A stretch of DNA of 21,514 nucleotides, from the NCBI GenBank assembly GCA_031458695.1, contig JAVKJW010000033.1, forward strand, positions 1 to 21,514, written 5' to 3'. Numbering within the stretch: position 1 is the first letter of the stretch; the number at the start of each line of letters is the position of its first letter. Below, one piece after another: positions 1 through 8,458 of the stretch. A model generated the notes under the pieces. It searched no databases, had not been told where the DNA came from, and saw only the letters and a program-made list of their open reading frames with translations. This DNA comes from Candidatus Thermofontivivens primus. Its GTDB lineage: Bacteria; Sysuimicrobiota; Sysuimicrobiia; Sysuimicrobiales; Thermofontiviventaceae. Both the position numbers and the translations under genes were made by a program.

Positions 1-2
1 AC

Positions 3-758
3 CGCCGGCTCATGGGGGAGCGCGGCGTGGACAGTTCCCTCCTCCTCCCTGAAGCCGAGCGGTTGGAGAACGATGGGAAGACGGTCATGTTCATGGCTGT
101 GGACCGCAAGCTGGCCGGGTTGATCGCTGTGGCCGATACCCTCAAGGAATACTCCCTGGAGGCGATCCAAATCCTCCACCGGATGGGGCTAGAGGTTGTG
201 ATGATCACAGGGGACAACCGCCGGACGGCAGAAGCGATCGCCCGCAAGCTTGGGATCGATCGCGTCCTTGCAGAGGTCCTGCCGCAAGACAAAGCGCAGG
301 AGATCAAAGCCCTGCAGGCGCAGGGCAGGCGCGTGGCGATGGTCGGGGACGGGATCAACGACGCGCCCGCCCTTGCCCAGGCCGATGTAGGGATCGCCAT
401 TGGTTCAGGAACCGACGTGGCCAAAGAGACAGGGCATGTGATCCTCATCAAGGAGGACCTGCGGGACGTGGTGACAGCCATCGAGGTGGCCAGAGCGACG
501 ATGCGCAAGGTGAAGCAGAACTTGTTCTGGGCGTTCGTCTACAACACCGTTACGATTCCGGCAGCAGCAGGCCTTTTCTATCCGTGGATCCACCAGATCG
601 TGAGCCCAGAACTAGCGGCCTTCCTCATGGCCATCAGCTCTCTCACGGTGACCCTGAACACGACGCTTCTGAAACGGTTCGCTCCCTCGCTGAAGTACCT
701 CAAGGTCAAAGCCGAGCCTCAACCGGCTATGGCCCCCGTGGCCGGAGGCAGAGGATAA
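3..758 (+). CDS. copA: Heavy-metal (Cu+/Ag+-type) P1B ATPase, C-terminal part; 5' end lies outside the window
   Basis: Contains MITGDN, the hinge motif MVGDGINDAPALA, and transmembrane motifs WAFVYN (YN) and MAISS (MxxSS) typical of P1B-1 copper exporters. The frame is open from the window edge. Confidence 0.9.
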   Translation, partial: RRLMGERGVDSSLLLPEAERLENDGKTVMFMAVDRKLAGLIAVADTLKEYSLEAIQILHRMGLEVVMITGDNRRTAEAIARKLGIDRVLAEVLPQDKAQEIKALQAQGRRVAMVGDGINDAPALAQADVGIAIGSGTDVAKETGHVILIKEDLRDVVTAIEVARATMRKVKQNLFWAFVYNTVTIPAAAGLFYPWIHQIVSPELAAFLMAISSLTVTLNTTLLKRFAPSLKYLKVKAEPQPAMAPVAGGRG

Positions 759-783
759 GTCCCAGATGCTGAGGAGGGCTGTG

Positions 784-999
784 ATGGGAGGAAAGGAGAG
801 CAATGTGGTACAGCGGGCAGGTTTGATAGGGATGGTCATCGCGTTGTTGGCCGGGCTCCTCTTTCTTGCGGTCACGAGCTTGTGGGGAGGGTATCCAGCC
901 GTTGCGCGCTACGGCGGGGCGGTGTGGGTGTCCCTCCTCACCTGGATCATTACCATGCCCGTTCTTGCTCCGTGGCTCAAGCGAAAGCAACTGGGATGA
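784..999 (+). CDS. Small hypothetical membrane protein, about 71 aa, two predicted TM helices
   Basis: AGGAGG at 772-777 precedes GTG781/ATG784. Two hydrophobic stretches (GLIGMVIALLAGLLFLAV; GAVWVSLLTWIITMPVLAPW) and a basic tail KRKQ. Confidence 0.75.
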   Translation: MGGKESNVVQRAGLIGMVIALLAGLLFLAVTSLWGGYPAVARYGGAVWVSLLTWIITMPVLAPWLKRKQLG

Positions 1000-1182
1000 G
1001 CCATAGTGTCCCAGCAAAATCTCGACAAGAGAATTGTGCTGGGGTTGCAATGGAGCTTGAAGGGTTCCTCGCCCAGTGCAAGAGGGTTTTCCCCCAGGGA
1101 CGTCTAAAGAGGGGAGGGGGGACTTTACCTTTTGCCTGAGCATTCGGATGAGCCACCGAGATCGAGAAAAGGGGATCCCGCG

Positions 1183-1824
1183 ATGACGCTGGAAGAGCTC
1201 TTGAACGCCGCTGCAGCCAATCACCATCGCCTGTGCCCCCGGCAGGTGCTGGGGGTGCGCATGGGCCTTGCTGGCGGGCGCTGGCTGGGTTTGGAGGTGC
1301 CGCGCCGGGACAAACGGCTCCTCGCTCTCATAGAGACTGACGGGTGCTTTGCCGATGCTATCTCGGTGGCCACAGGCTGTCATATCGGCCGACGGACAAT
1401 GCGGCTAATAGATCACGGCAAGGTGGCCGCGACATTCGTGGATACCCAGGTGGGGAAGGCGGTGCGAGTGGTTCCCCGCCCTGGTGTCCGGGAGCGTGCC
1501 TGGGTGTATGCTCCGGAGGCCAAGAGCCGCTGGCAGGCCCAGCTTCTCGGGTACCAGCGCATGCCCGAGGAGGAGCTCCTGGCAGCCGAGGAGGTGACCC
1601 TCCTTTTCTCCCTGGAGAAGCTCATCAGCAGGAAAGGCGTTCGTGTCCATTGCCAGGCCTGTAGCGAGGAGATCCTCAACGAGCGCGAGGTGGTGCGAGA
1701 CGGGATGACGCTCTGCCGGAGCTGCGCGGGGGAGCGCTACTATGCCCCTGCAGGGAAACCTCTAGAAGGAATTCCGCAGATCCTAGGCCCTACAGCATCC
1801 CTTCCCCCTCTTCCGTTATTATGA
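1183..1824 (+). CDS. FmdE-family protein with C-terminal C4 zinc finger
   Basis: HHRLCPRQVLG and ETDGCFADA..TGC match FmdE metal-site motifs. The C-terminus has CQAC...CRSC. Start moved to ATG1183 (MTLEELL) behind AAGGGG. Confidence 0.85.
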   Translation: MTLEELLNAAAANHHRLCPRQVLGVRMGLAGGRWLGLEVPRRDKRLLALIETDGCFADAISVATGCHIGRRTMRLIDHGKVAATFVDTQVGKAVRVVPRPGVRERAWVYAPEAKSRWQAQLLGYQRMPEEELLAAEEVTLLFSLEKLISRKGVRVHCQACSEEILNEREVVRDGMTLCRSCAGERYYAPAGKPLEGIPQILGPTASLPPLPLL

Positions 1825-1911
1825 CTTGCCTCTCACAAGAACCTTCAAGCTGAACTCCGTGTACAGGAGATCGCCTTCCTCCCGATAGGAAAGTTTGAAC
1901 TAGCAATTCTC

Positions 1912-1920
1912 TGCTATAAT
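1912..1920 (+). promoter_or_regulatory. Extended -10 sigma70-type promoter for the thioredoxin-domain gene
   Basis: TGcTATAAT at 1912-1920, about 65 nt upstream of ATG1987. Confidence 0.6.
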
Positions 1921-1986
1921 GGGCATAGAAGGTTCCGTCGGAACTGCTTCCTGCACACATCGTCTGTGGAGATGGTGGAGACTGAG

Positions 1987-4062
1987 ATGCCCAACCGACT
2001 TGTCCAAGAGACGAGCCCATACCTCAGAGCGGCCGCAGACCAGCCAGTGGACTGGTACCCGTGGGGGGAAGAAGCGTTCGAGAAGGCCCGCAGGGAGGGC
2101 CGGCCTATCCTCCTGGACATCGGGGCTTCTTGGTGCCACTGGTGCCACGTCATGGATCGGGAGAGCTACGAGGATCCGGAGGTTGCCAGGATCATCAACG
2201 AGAACTTCGTCCCGGTGAAGGTCGACAGGGACGAGCGTCCGGACGTAGACGCCCGCTACCAGATGTTCGTAGGCGCCCTCACGGGGGAAGGGGGATGGCC
2301 GCTCACCGCCTTCCTCACCCCGGAGGGGAAGGTCTTCTTCGGGGGGACCTATTTCCCTCCAGAGGATGCGTATGGACGTCCTGGGTTCAAGCGGGTTCTC
2401 CTCAGTGTAGCCTCCTACTACCGGGACCACCGCGACCAAGTTCTGGAGTACGCCGAGGATCTGTTCCGCCAACTCCACGAGGGGGTGGCTGGGGTTTCCC
2501 CTCCACGGGAACTCTCCCCTAGCCTTGTCCAGCGAGCCCTTGAGGACATCGGCCGGTCCTTCGATACCGTCCACGGTGGTTTCGGAGGCGCCCCCAAGTT
2601 CCCTCATCCCTCGGCCATAGAGCTGGTCCTTCGCCGTTTCTACCTCAGTGGTGAGGAGTGGCTGGGAACTATCGCGACGCGCACCTTAGAGAAGATGGCG
2701 AAAGGTGGGATCCACGACCACCTCGGCGGGGGATTCCACCGGTACGCCACCGATGCGAAATGGACGGTCCCCCACTTCGAGAAGCTCTTAAGCGACAACG
2801 CCCTCCTTCTCAGCAACTATGTCCAGGCCTTCCAGGTTACTGGCTCCAAGCTCTTCCAACACGTTGCCTTAGGGATCTTAGGCTACCTAGCGTCCGAGCT
2901 GTACGACCGCGAGCGGGGAGGGTTTTTCGCCAGCCAGGACGCCGATGTGGGCGACGAAGAGGGGGGTTACTACCTTTGGACGGAGGAGGAAGTCCGGAGC
3001 CTTCTTGATCCCGGAGAGTTTGCGGTGGTCTCCTCCTATTTCCACTTGAGCGGCCGCGGGGAGATTCCCCACGACCCAGACAAGCATGTGCTCTATTGCC
3101 ACAAGGAGGCCGATGTTGTTGCTGCACTTCTTAGCCGTCCCCAGGAAGAGGTCGTGTCTCTGCTCGCTTCTGCAAAGGAGAAGCTGAAGAAGGCGAGGGC
3201 CCTACGTCCCAGACCCTTCGTGGATTCGACGGTCTACGCCTCCTGGAACGGGATGGCTATCTCCGCCTGCCTGGAAGCCTATGCAGCACTGGGGGTCGAG
3301 GGGGCCCGGGAGATGGCGCTACGAACCCTCGAACGGTTCCTCAACCAGGGACGGAGGTCGGACGGTGCCTTTCTCCACGCCTTGACCCCTGAGGGGCCGA
3401 GGCCTGAGTGGTTCCTGGAGGACCAGGTCTTCATGGGGAAGGCGCTTTTCGATGCGTTTGCGATCACCGGAGAGGCGAAGTACCTGCGCACAGCAGCAGA
3501 GACAGCAGAAGTCATCTTGCGGGAGTTCCGCGACAGGGATGGGACACTGGTGGATACCCCTCTGAGCGCGGGCGGAGGGTTGGGATTCCTCTATAGGCCG
3601 ATTCAGGACAGCCCCATCCCCGGGTGCAATGCCGCAGCCGCGCGCTTCTTCCTTTCCCTGGGGCAGGTTCTCGATGAGCCTCGCTATCGCCAGGCTGCTG
3701 AGAAGATTCTCTCCAGCTTTGGTGGCCTCGCAGAGCGCCTGGGCCTCCATGCCTCTACCTATTTTCTGGCCCTGGATGAGTTCTGTTCTGGCTTGCTCCA
3801 TGTGGTCATCGTAGGGGATGGGGAAAGAGCAAGGGCTCTGCATGAGGTGGCGCTGAAGACATTCTATCCAGGGAAAGTGGTCACGCCGCTTGTGGATCTT
3901 CTTGCAAGGGAAGAGTTCCAGGTTCCTGTCCCAAAGGTTTTGAAGAGTATGATGGAGGCGGCGCACGGACCCCGGGCATATCTTTGTAGGGGAGTCTCCT
4001 GTGCACCCCCCGTCGATACGCCTGGAGCCTTCCAAGAGGTTATCCAGATGTTTCGGGGGTGA
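1987..4062 (+). CDS. YyaL/SSP411-like thioredoxin-domain protein (N-terminal Trx fold plus six-hairpin glycosidase-like domain)
   Basis: NRLVQETSPYL, PVDWYPWG, WCHWCHVM, KVDRDERPDVD, GGWPLT, GGFGGAPKFP and PHFEK are family-typical motifs. Start probably ATG1987; the ORF extends to GTG1966. Confidence 0.9.
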   Translation: MPNRLVQETSPYLRAAADQPVDWYPWGEEAFEKARREGRPILLDIGASWCHWCHVMDRESYEDPEVARIINENFVPVKVDRDERPDVDARYQMFVGALTGEGGWPLTAFLTPEGKVFFGGTYFPPEDAYGRPGFKRVLLSVASYYRDHRDQVLEYAEDLFRQLHEGVAGVSPPRELSPSLVQRALEDIGRSFDTVHGGFGGAPKFPHPSAIELVLRRFYLSGEEWLGTIATRTLEKMAKGGIHDHLGGGFHRYATDAKWTVPHFEKLLSDNALLLSNYVQAFQVTGSKLFQHVALGILGYLASELYDRERGGFFASQDADVGDEEGGYYLWTEEEVRSLLDPGEFAVVSSYFHLSGRGEIPHDPDKHVLYCHKEADVVAALLSRPQEEVVSLLASAKEKLKKARALRPRPFVDSTVYASWNGMAISACLEAYAALGVEGAREMALRTLERFLNQGRRSDGAFLHALTPEGPRPEWFLEDQVFMGKALFDAFAITGEAKYLRTAAETAEVILREFRDRDGTLVDTPLSAGGGLGFLYRPIQDSPIPGCNAAAARFFLSLGQVLDEPRYRQAAEKILSSFGGLAERLGLHASTYFLALDEFCSGLLHVVIVGDGERARALHEVALKTFYPGKVVTPLVDLLAREEFQVPVPKVLKSMMEAAHGPRAYLCRGVSCAPPVDTPGAFQEVIQMFRG

Positions 4063-4121
4063 CCTCAGGGTGAGGACATGGCGCGCTGCGTCTCACCGGG
4101 ATCGTCTCCGACCACAAACCG

Positions 4122-4856
4122 ATGTACATCCAGCTGAAACACGCTTTCAGTGAACTTGTCCTTCGCACAGCAGAGGCTTGTTTTCAGGGGCCCGGCGAGG
4201 TCCGAGTGATCGGATCCGCCCTTGCCTTTCTGGTTGCATACGTTTACGAAACCCGCACCGGGGAATCTATGAATCGCAGGGCCATCGAGGGCGTTGCTAA
4301 GAGGCTTATGGGAGAAGCAGGTTTTCCTGAGCCGCTGCAATGGAACGTTCCCCAAGAATTCCTCGTCTTTGACCGGGACCATGGCTTGGTCTCCCTCCGC
4401 CCGGAGTACCGTCCACATCTCGCCTACCTGAAACGGCAGGCCTCCAGGCTGTGGGAATTGTTCTCCACGTGCGCGTCGCACTTTCCCCAAAAGCCTCACC
4501 CGGTGCAGTTAGGCTTGCTCCTGTTCAACCAAGGGCTCTTCTTCGAATGCCATGAGTATCTGGAAGGGATTTGGCGTGTGGCTCCAGAGAAGGACCGGAA
4601 GTTCTACCACGGCCTGATCCAGATCGCAGCGGCATTCTATCACTACGAGAAAGGGAATCCTCGCGGGGCCCGTGCGCTCCTCCAGCGCGGTCTAGAGAAG
4701 CTAGATACCTGTGGCCCGATACATCTTGGTGTGGAGCTCAATCATCTTCGTGAAGAACTTGCTCCCTGGCTGGAGGCCTTCTCCTGCAGCCGGTATCCTG
4801 TTCAAGCTCACTTCCCTAAGTTGAAGTGGAGTCCTGAACACACGGGTAGTTCCTAG
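4122..4856 (+). CDS. DUF309-domain protein with N-terminal extension
   Basis: The C-terminal half has LFNQGLFFECHEYLEGIW...FYHGLIQIAAAFYH..GNPRGA, the DUF309 signature. Confidence 0.8.
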   Translation: MYIQLKHAFSELVLRTAEACFQGPGEVRVIGSALAFLVAYVYETRTGESMNRRAIEGVAKRLMGEAGFPEPLQWNVPQEFLVFDRDHGLVSLRPEYRPHLAYLKRQASRLWELFSTCASHFPQKPHPVQLGLLLFNQGLFFECHEYLEGIWRVAPEKDRKFYHGLIQIAAAFYHYEKGNPRGARALLQRGLEKLDTCGPIHLGVELNHLREELAPWLEAFSCSRYPVQAHFPKLKWSPEHTGSS

Positions 4857-4891
4857 CGCGAGTGATTCCCGCAGTGGTTCGCTTGGGAGCT

Positions 4892-5644
4892 TCAAGGAGC
4901 TTCCAGGCGATCGGGCCTAACGTAGGTGAGGTGCAGGCTTCCTGAGTAGGCAGGGATGGTGAGGGAGGCCTCTGTGCGGATCCGGACAGGGAAACCGAAC
5001 GAGGTCAGGACCCCGAGCTGCCCATCCGGTCGGAGGAGATATTTGGTGAGCTGTTCCGGGTTGCCCAATGCAGCAATCCGATAGGGAGGGGCAATGCGTT
5101 TCTTGTTCACCAGGATCGTCGTCCCCACACAGTTGATTCCGGAGATGGTCATGAGGCGTTCCCCATTGATGGCGATGGCCTCCGCACCAGCGGCCCAAAG
5201 CTCGTTGACCACACTTTGGATGTCGGTGTAGTGGAGGATCACGAGGTTGGGGTCCTCGCCTGGTTTTAAGGGCCTCGGGCTATCCCTTAACTCCACCACG
5301 ACCCCCGGCCCCTGGAGCGGTGTAAGCCCGGAGAGTCTCTTAAGACGGGCGAGCTCCTTTGCCATTTCTGCAAGGGTGGCCTTGTGTGCACCTGCCGCTT
5401 CCTCATACAAGGCGAGTTCAGCGCGTAGCTCGGCGACCTGCTTCTCCAGGACAGTGCGCGTCTGCTCCCTCTGGGCGAGGAGATAGCCAAGCGATTCTAC
5501 CTGATGGGAAGGGATCTTGAGCTGGCTTTCGATGACGCGTCCCGTCCGTAATTGCAAGGCCAGGAGGAAGCCCAGGAGAAGGGCTCCGAACGTCAGAAGT
5601 CCGAGCTGGATACTTCGTGTTCTTTCCCGGTGCAGGGTACCCAC
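4892..5644 (-). CDS. DUF881-family protein (N-terminal TM, coiled coil, DUF881 domain; YlxW/YlxX-like)
   Basis: GLTPLQGPGVVVELRD, HYTDIQSVVNELWAAGAEAIAINGER, INCVG and PPYRIAALG motifs. Start reassigned to GTG5644 because a promoter lies just upstream, inside the longer ORF call. Confidence 0.85.
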   Translation of the reverse strand: MGTLHRERTRSIQLGLLTFGALLLGFLLALQLRTGRVIESQLKIPSHQVESLGYLLAQREQTRTVLEKQVAELRAELALYEEAAGAHKATLAEMAKELARLKRLSGLTPLQGPGVVVELRDSPRPLKPGEDPNLVILHYTDIQSVVNELWAAGAEAIAINGERLMTISGINCVGTTILVNKKRIAPPYRIAALGNPEQLTKYLLRPDGQLGVLTSFGFPVRIRTEASLTIPAYSGSLHLTYVRPDRLEAP

Positions 5645-5653
5645 GCTGCTTTG

Positions 5654-5683
5654 AGTATAGCCCCCTCTCTTGCCCAGCGTCAA
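5654..5683 (-). promoter_or_regulatory. Sigma70-type promoter for the DUF881 gene
   Basis: The minus strand reads TTGACG-N18-TATACT, then 9 nt to GTG5644. Confidence 0.65.
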
Positions 5684-5739
5684 GGAAGCGTCAAAGAGCA
5701 GGTAGGTACACTGTTTTCCCCAGCAAGAGGAACAGGGAA

Positions 5740-5766
5740 GCAGGAATTCCTGGATGTGTGGCGAAA
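5740..5766 (+). promoter_or_regulatory. SigH-like alternative sigma promoter upstream of the small zinc-ribbon gene
   Basis: GCAGGAATT-N11-GGCGAAA compared with the Bacillus SigH consensus RNAGGAWWW-N11/12-RNNGAAT: one mismatch. Confidence 0.45.
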
Positions 5767-5804
5767 GCAATCCTCCAGAGCAATACAGGACAGGATGCAG
5801 AGGG

Positions 5805-6014
5805 ATGCTCAAGATTACCTGTTTGGTCTGCGGATCTGACTGTTATAGCTCCGTAGCGCCCCACGAGCATATGAGCCCTGAATGCCCGCAGTGCGGGGCT
5901 GATCTGCGGCGTGCAGGCGCGGTGGAGGCGGCGGTTCCCAAACTTGGACGGACCCTCATGGAGCTTTTCACAGGTTCCTACCCTATCTTCCTGGACTTCC
6001 CCTCTTTCTCCTGA
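5805..6014 (+). CDS. Small zinc-ribbon-like protein (69 aa)
   Basis: MLKITCLVCGSDCYSS...ECPQCGADL gives two CxxCG knuckles. A purine-rich RBS region precedes ATG5805, and the ORF fills the gap between the DUF881 and GH57 genes. Confidence 0.65.
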   Translation: MLKITCLVCGSDCYSSVAPHEHMSPECPQCGADLRRAGAVEAAVPKLGRTLMELFTGSYPIFLDFPSFS

Positions 6015-6031
6015 TCGGCTTCCTCACGAGG

Positions 6032-8458
6032 CTACTCCACACGGACCGCGAGCTTCCTGCCAAGGGAGGTGAATTGCTCTATCCAGACCTGCGCTTTTGT
6101 ATCTCCCTCCACGGCCTTCCTCCGAAACCCAGGGTAAACCGTCTTGAGGGCGTGGTAATAGAGATTCTGCGCCCTCCAGAGGTTGACCTGAAAGGGGAGT
6201 GAATGGATGAGTTCCACGGCAGAGGCGAACTCCTGAAGGAGGGAGAGGTTTGCGGGATCTTCCAGGAACTGCTCTGCCATCCGCTCGATGACCTGCTGCG
6301 CCGCCAGGGCAAGGGGGGCAGTATCGAGAGGAACCTTCCGCTTTCGGATCTCCTCGAGGATGCTGTGAATCTCGGTGGGGTTGAAGGCCTCGCTCTCCAG
6401 CGCCCGGCGGAGGGAACGGTTCAGGACAAACTCTGCGGCAGCTTGGAATTCCCTGGGCAAAGGGATGCCGAGGTCATGGAGGAAGTTCATGAGCGGAGCA
6501 TAGTGCTCGTAGATGTGTCGGTAGGAGGCTTCCGCTTCGGCCAGGGTGACCTCCAGGATCCGTTCGAGAATCCTTCGCTGTTCCTCTTTGAAGAGGGAGT
6601 GAAGGGAATACCGCTTCCCCTGGAAATGACTGTCCATACACCGGATGACCTCAGGGAAATCAGCCCTCTGGAAGGGCCCGACGATCCCTTCCACCATTGC
6701 TTCGTAGGCTTCCTCTCCTTGGAAACGACGCACCGTGGCGTTGAGGTTATGGTCGCCAAAGTGGAGGACACCGAAACTATATTGCCCCGACTCCCAGGTG
6801 ATCTCCGACCTCACATGGACACGCCCCACGGCGAGCCTTACCTCTCCGGCCTGGAAGACACGGAGATCCTCACGGTCTACGATGTAGCAGTAGACCCTGG
6901 CTTGCTGCGGGTAGGATTCAAACAGGGAGCTCACCGCATAATGGGCTACCAGTTTCTCCAGATCCACCACCGCAGGTCGGACGAATTCCTCGTAGATCTT
7001 CCGCCCGTCGCCGTAGGAGGCGATATTGCTCTTGGCCTTCTCCAGGCGTTCCAAGAAGCCCGGTTCAAGGTCTTTCTGGAGCGTCTCCTGGGCGAGCTGA
7101 AGGACGCGCCCAGCGTGCCGAAGGACCTGGATGGTTTCGATCCCGGAAAGGTCGTCGAAAAACCATGCGTCGCTCGTGTACATGAGCATGGCGTGGCGCT
7201 GAAGTTCCAAGAGTTTCAGGACCGTGACCTTCTCCTCCCTTGAGAGCGGCCGGGCCGCGTGGTTGTGGAGCCAGCTGTCCACGAATTCTACCGACCGGTT
7301 CAGGAGCACATGGATGTAGTCGTCACGGGCTTTCCAGGGATCCCGCAGGAGCTCGCCAGCGGACACCTCAAATGGGGTGACGAGACTATCCCGCAGCCAG
7401 TCCAGCGCTTCCCTCAGTGGCTCGCGCCACTTTTGGTTCCACCCGGGGTGCATACCGGTATTGCACCCGCAGTCGCTCTTCCACCGCTCCACACCGTGGG
7501 CACAGCTCCAGGAGGTGTTTTCGAAGATCTCCACCTCATGCTCAGGAGGGTGTTTTTCCAAGTACTCCCCATAGTTGGTGAGGCGAGCGAGGCCGCTTGA
7601 TTCAATGGTGTGGAGGGCGTAAGCGAGGGCCATATCGCCAAACCGGTGGTGGTGGCCATACGTTTCCCCATCGGTGGCGATGTGCACAAGTTGAGCTCCT
7701 TCCTTGGCGGCGGAGAACCCGCTGAGGAGCCTTCGAGCGAACTCCTCGCCGTTCGCCAGTAGGCCCTCGAAGGCTACGGCGTGGGAGATGGGCTCATGAT
7801 AGAAGAACAGGTTGATCGTCCGTCCCGATGGGAGATGCAGGAGGTAAGCGGTGGTGGGATCGACCTTGCCCCCAGTCACATCCTCCCACCGAGAGGTGCC
7901 GATCTTCCGCACCCGCATGGCCTGATGGGGCGCGAGGATCGTGAAGCGGATCCCATGTGCCGCGAGGATCTCGAGCGTCTCCAGGTCCACGGCGGTCTCC
8001 GGGAGCCACATCCCTTCGGGGAGCCGGCCGAAGCGGTGAGCGAAGTCCTGAACCCCCCACACCACCTGGGTCCATTTGTCCCGGCGGCTGGCGAGGGGGA
8101 GGATCATGTGGGTATAGGCTTGTGCAATGGCCGAACCATGTCCAGCGTAACGTGTCTGGCTCTCCCGGTCTGCCTGGAGGATTGCCGTGGTGACTTCATG
8201 TGCGTTCCTCTCCAACCAGGCTAAGAGGGTGGGGCCGAAGTCGAAGCTGATCCTGGCGTAGTTGTTGACAATCTCGACGGTGCGCCCCTCCTCATCCAGG
8301 ATGTGAGAGAGGGCGTTAGGGGCATAGCACTCCTCGGTGATGCGCGCATTCCAGTCATGGTAGGGAGAAGCAGAATCCTGGGGCTCCACGGCCTCCAGCC
8401 AAGGGTTTTCCCGCGGCGGCTGGTAGAAGTGGCCGTGGATGCAGATGTAGCGCTCCAT
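6032..8458 (-). CDS. Glycoside hydrolase family 57 protein with DUF3536 C-terminal domain
   Basis: IHGHFYQPPRENPW, GMWLPETAVD (catalytic Glu), ATDGETYGHH (catalytic Asp), SWSCAHGVERW and MYTSDAWFFDD; 808 aa. Confidence 0.9.
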   Translation of the reverse strand: MERYICIHGHFYQPPRENPWLEAVEPQDSASPYHDWNARITEECYAPNALSHILDEEGRTVEIVNNYARISFDFGPTLLAWLERNAHEVTTAILQADRESQTRYAGHGSAIAQAYTHMILPLASRRDKWTQVVWGVQDFAHRFGRLPEGMWLPETAVDLETLEILAAHGIRFTILAPHQAMRVRKIGTSRWEDVTGGKVDPTTAYLLHLPSGRTINLFFYHEPISHAVAFEGLLANGEEFARRLLSGFSAAKEGAQLVHIATDGETYGHHHRFGDMALAYALHTIESSGLARLTNYGEYLEKHPPEHEVEIFENTSWSCAHGVERWKSDCGCNTGMHPGWNQKWREPLREALDWLRDSLVTPFEVSAGELLRDPWKARDDYIHVLLNRSVEFVDSWLHNHAARPLSREEKVTVLKLLELQRHAMLMYTSDAWFFDDLSGIETIQVLRHAGRVLQLAQETLQKDLEPGFLERLEKAKSNIASYGDGRKIYEEFVRPAVVDLEKLVAHYAVSSLFESYPQQARVYCYIVDREDLRVFQAGEVRLAVGRVHVRSEITWESGQYSFGVLHFGDHNLNATVRRFQGEEAYEAMVEGIVGPFQRADFPEVIRCMDSHFQGKRYSLHSLFKEEQRRILERILEVTLAEAEASYRHIYEHYAPLMNFLHDLGIPLPREFQAAAEFVLNRSLRRALESEAFNPTEIHSILEEIRKRKVPLDTAPLALAAQQVIERMAEQFLEDPANLSLLQEFASAVELIHSLPFQVNLWRAQNLYYHALKTVYPGFRRKAVEGDTKAQVWIEQFTSLGRKLAVRVE

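Noticed and set aside
1000..1182. Possible Moco/Wco or cobalamin riboswitch upstream of fmdE
   Set aside because: I could not identify the conserved core motifs by eye; an Rfam scan would be needed.
1932..1944. Short dyad GTTCC-GTC-GGAAC downstream of the -10 of the thioredoxin-domain gene
   Set aside because: Only 5-bp arms, which can occur by chance, and no supporting regulator nearby.
6203..7243. Long antisense ORFs (for example 6203-7243, 13311-14099, 16370-17272, 20573-21415)
   Set aside because: Shadow frames of well-supported genes in GC-rich DNA, with no recognisable motifs or RBS.
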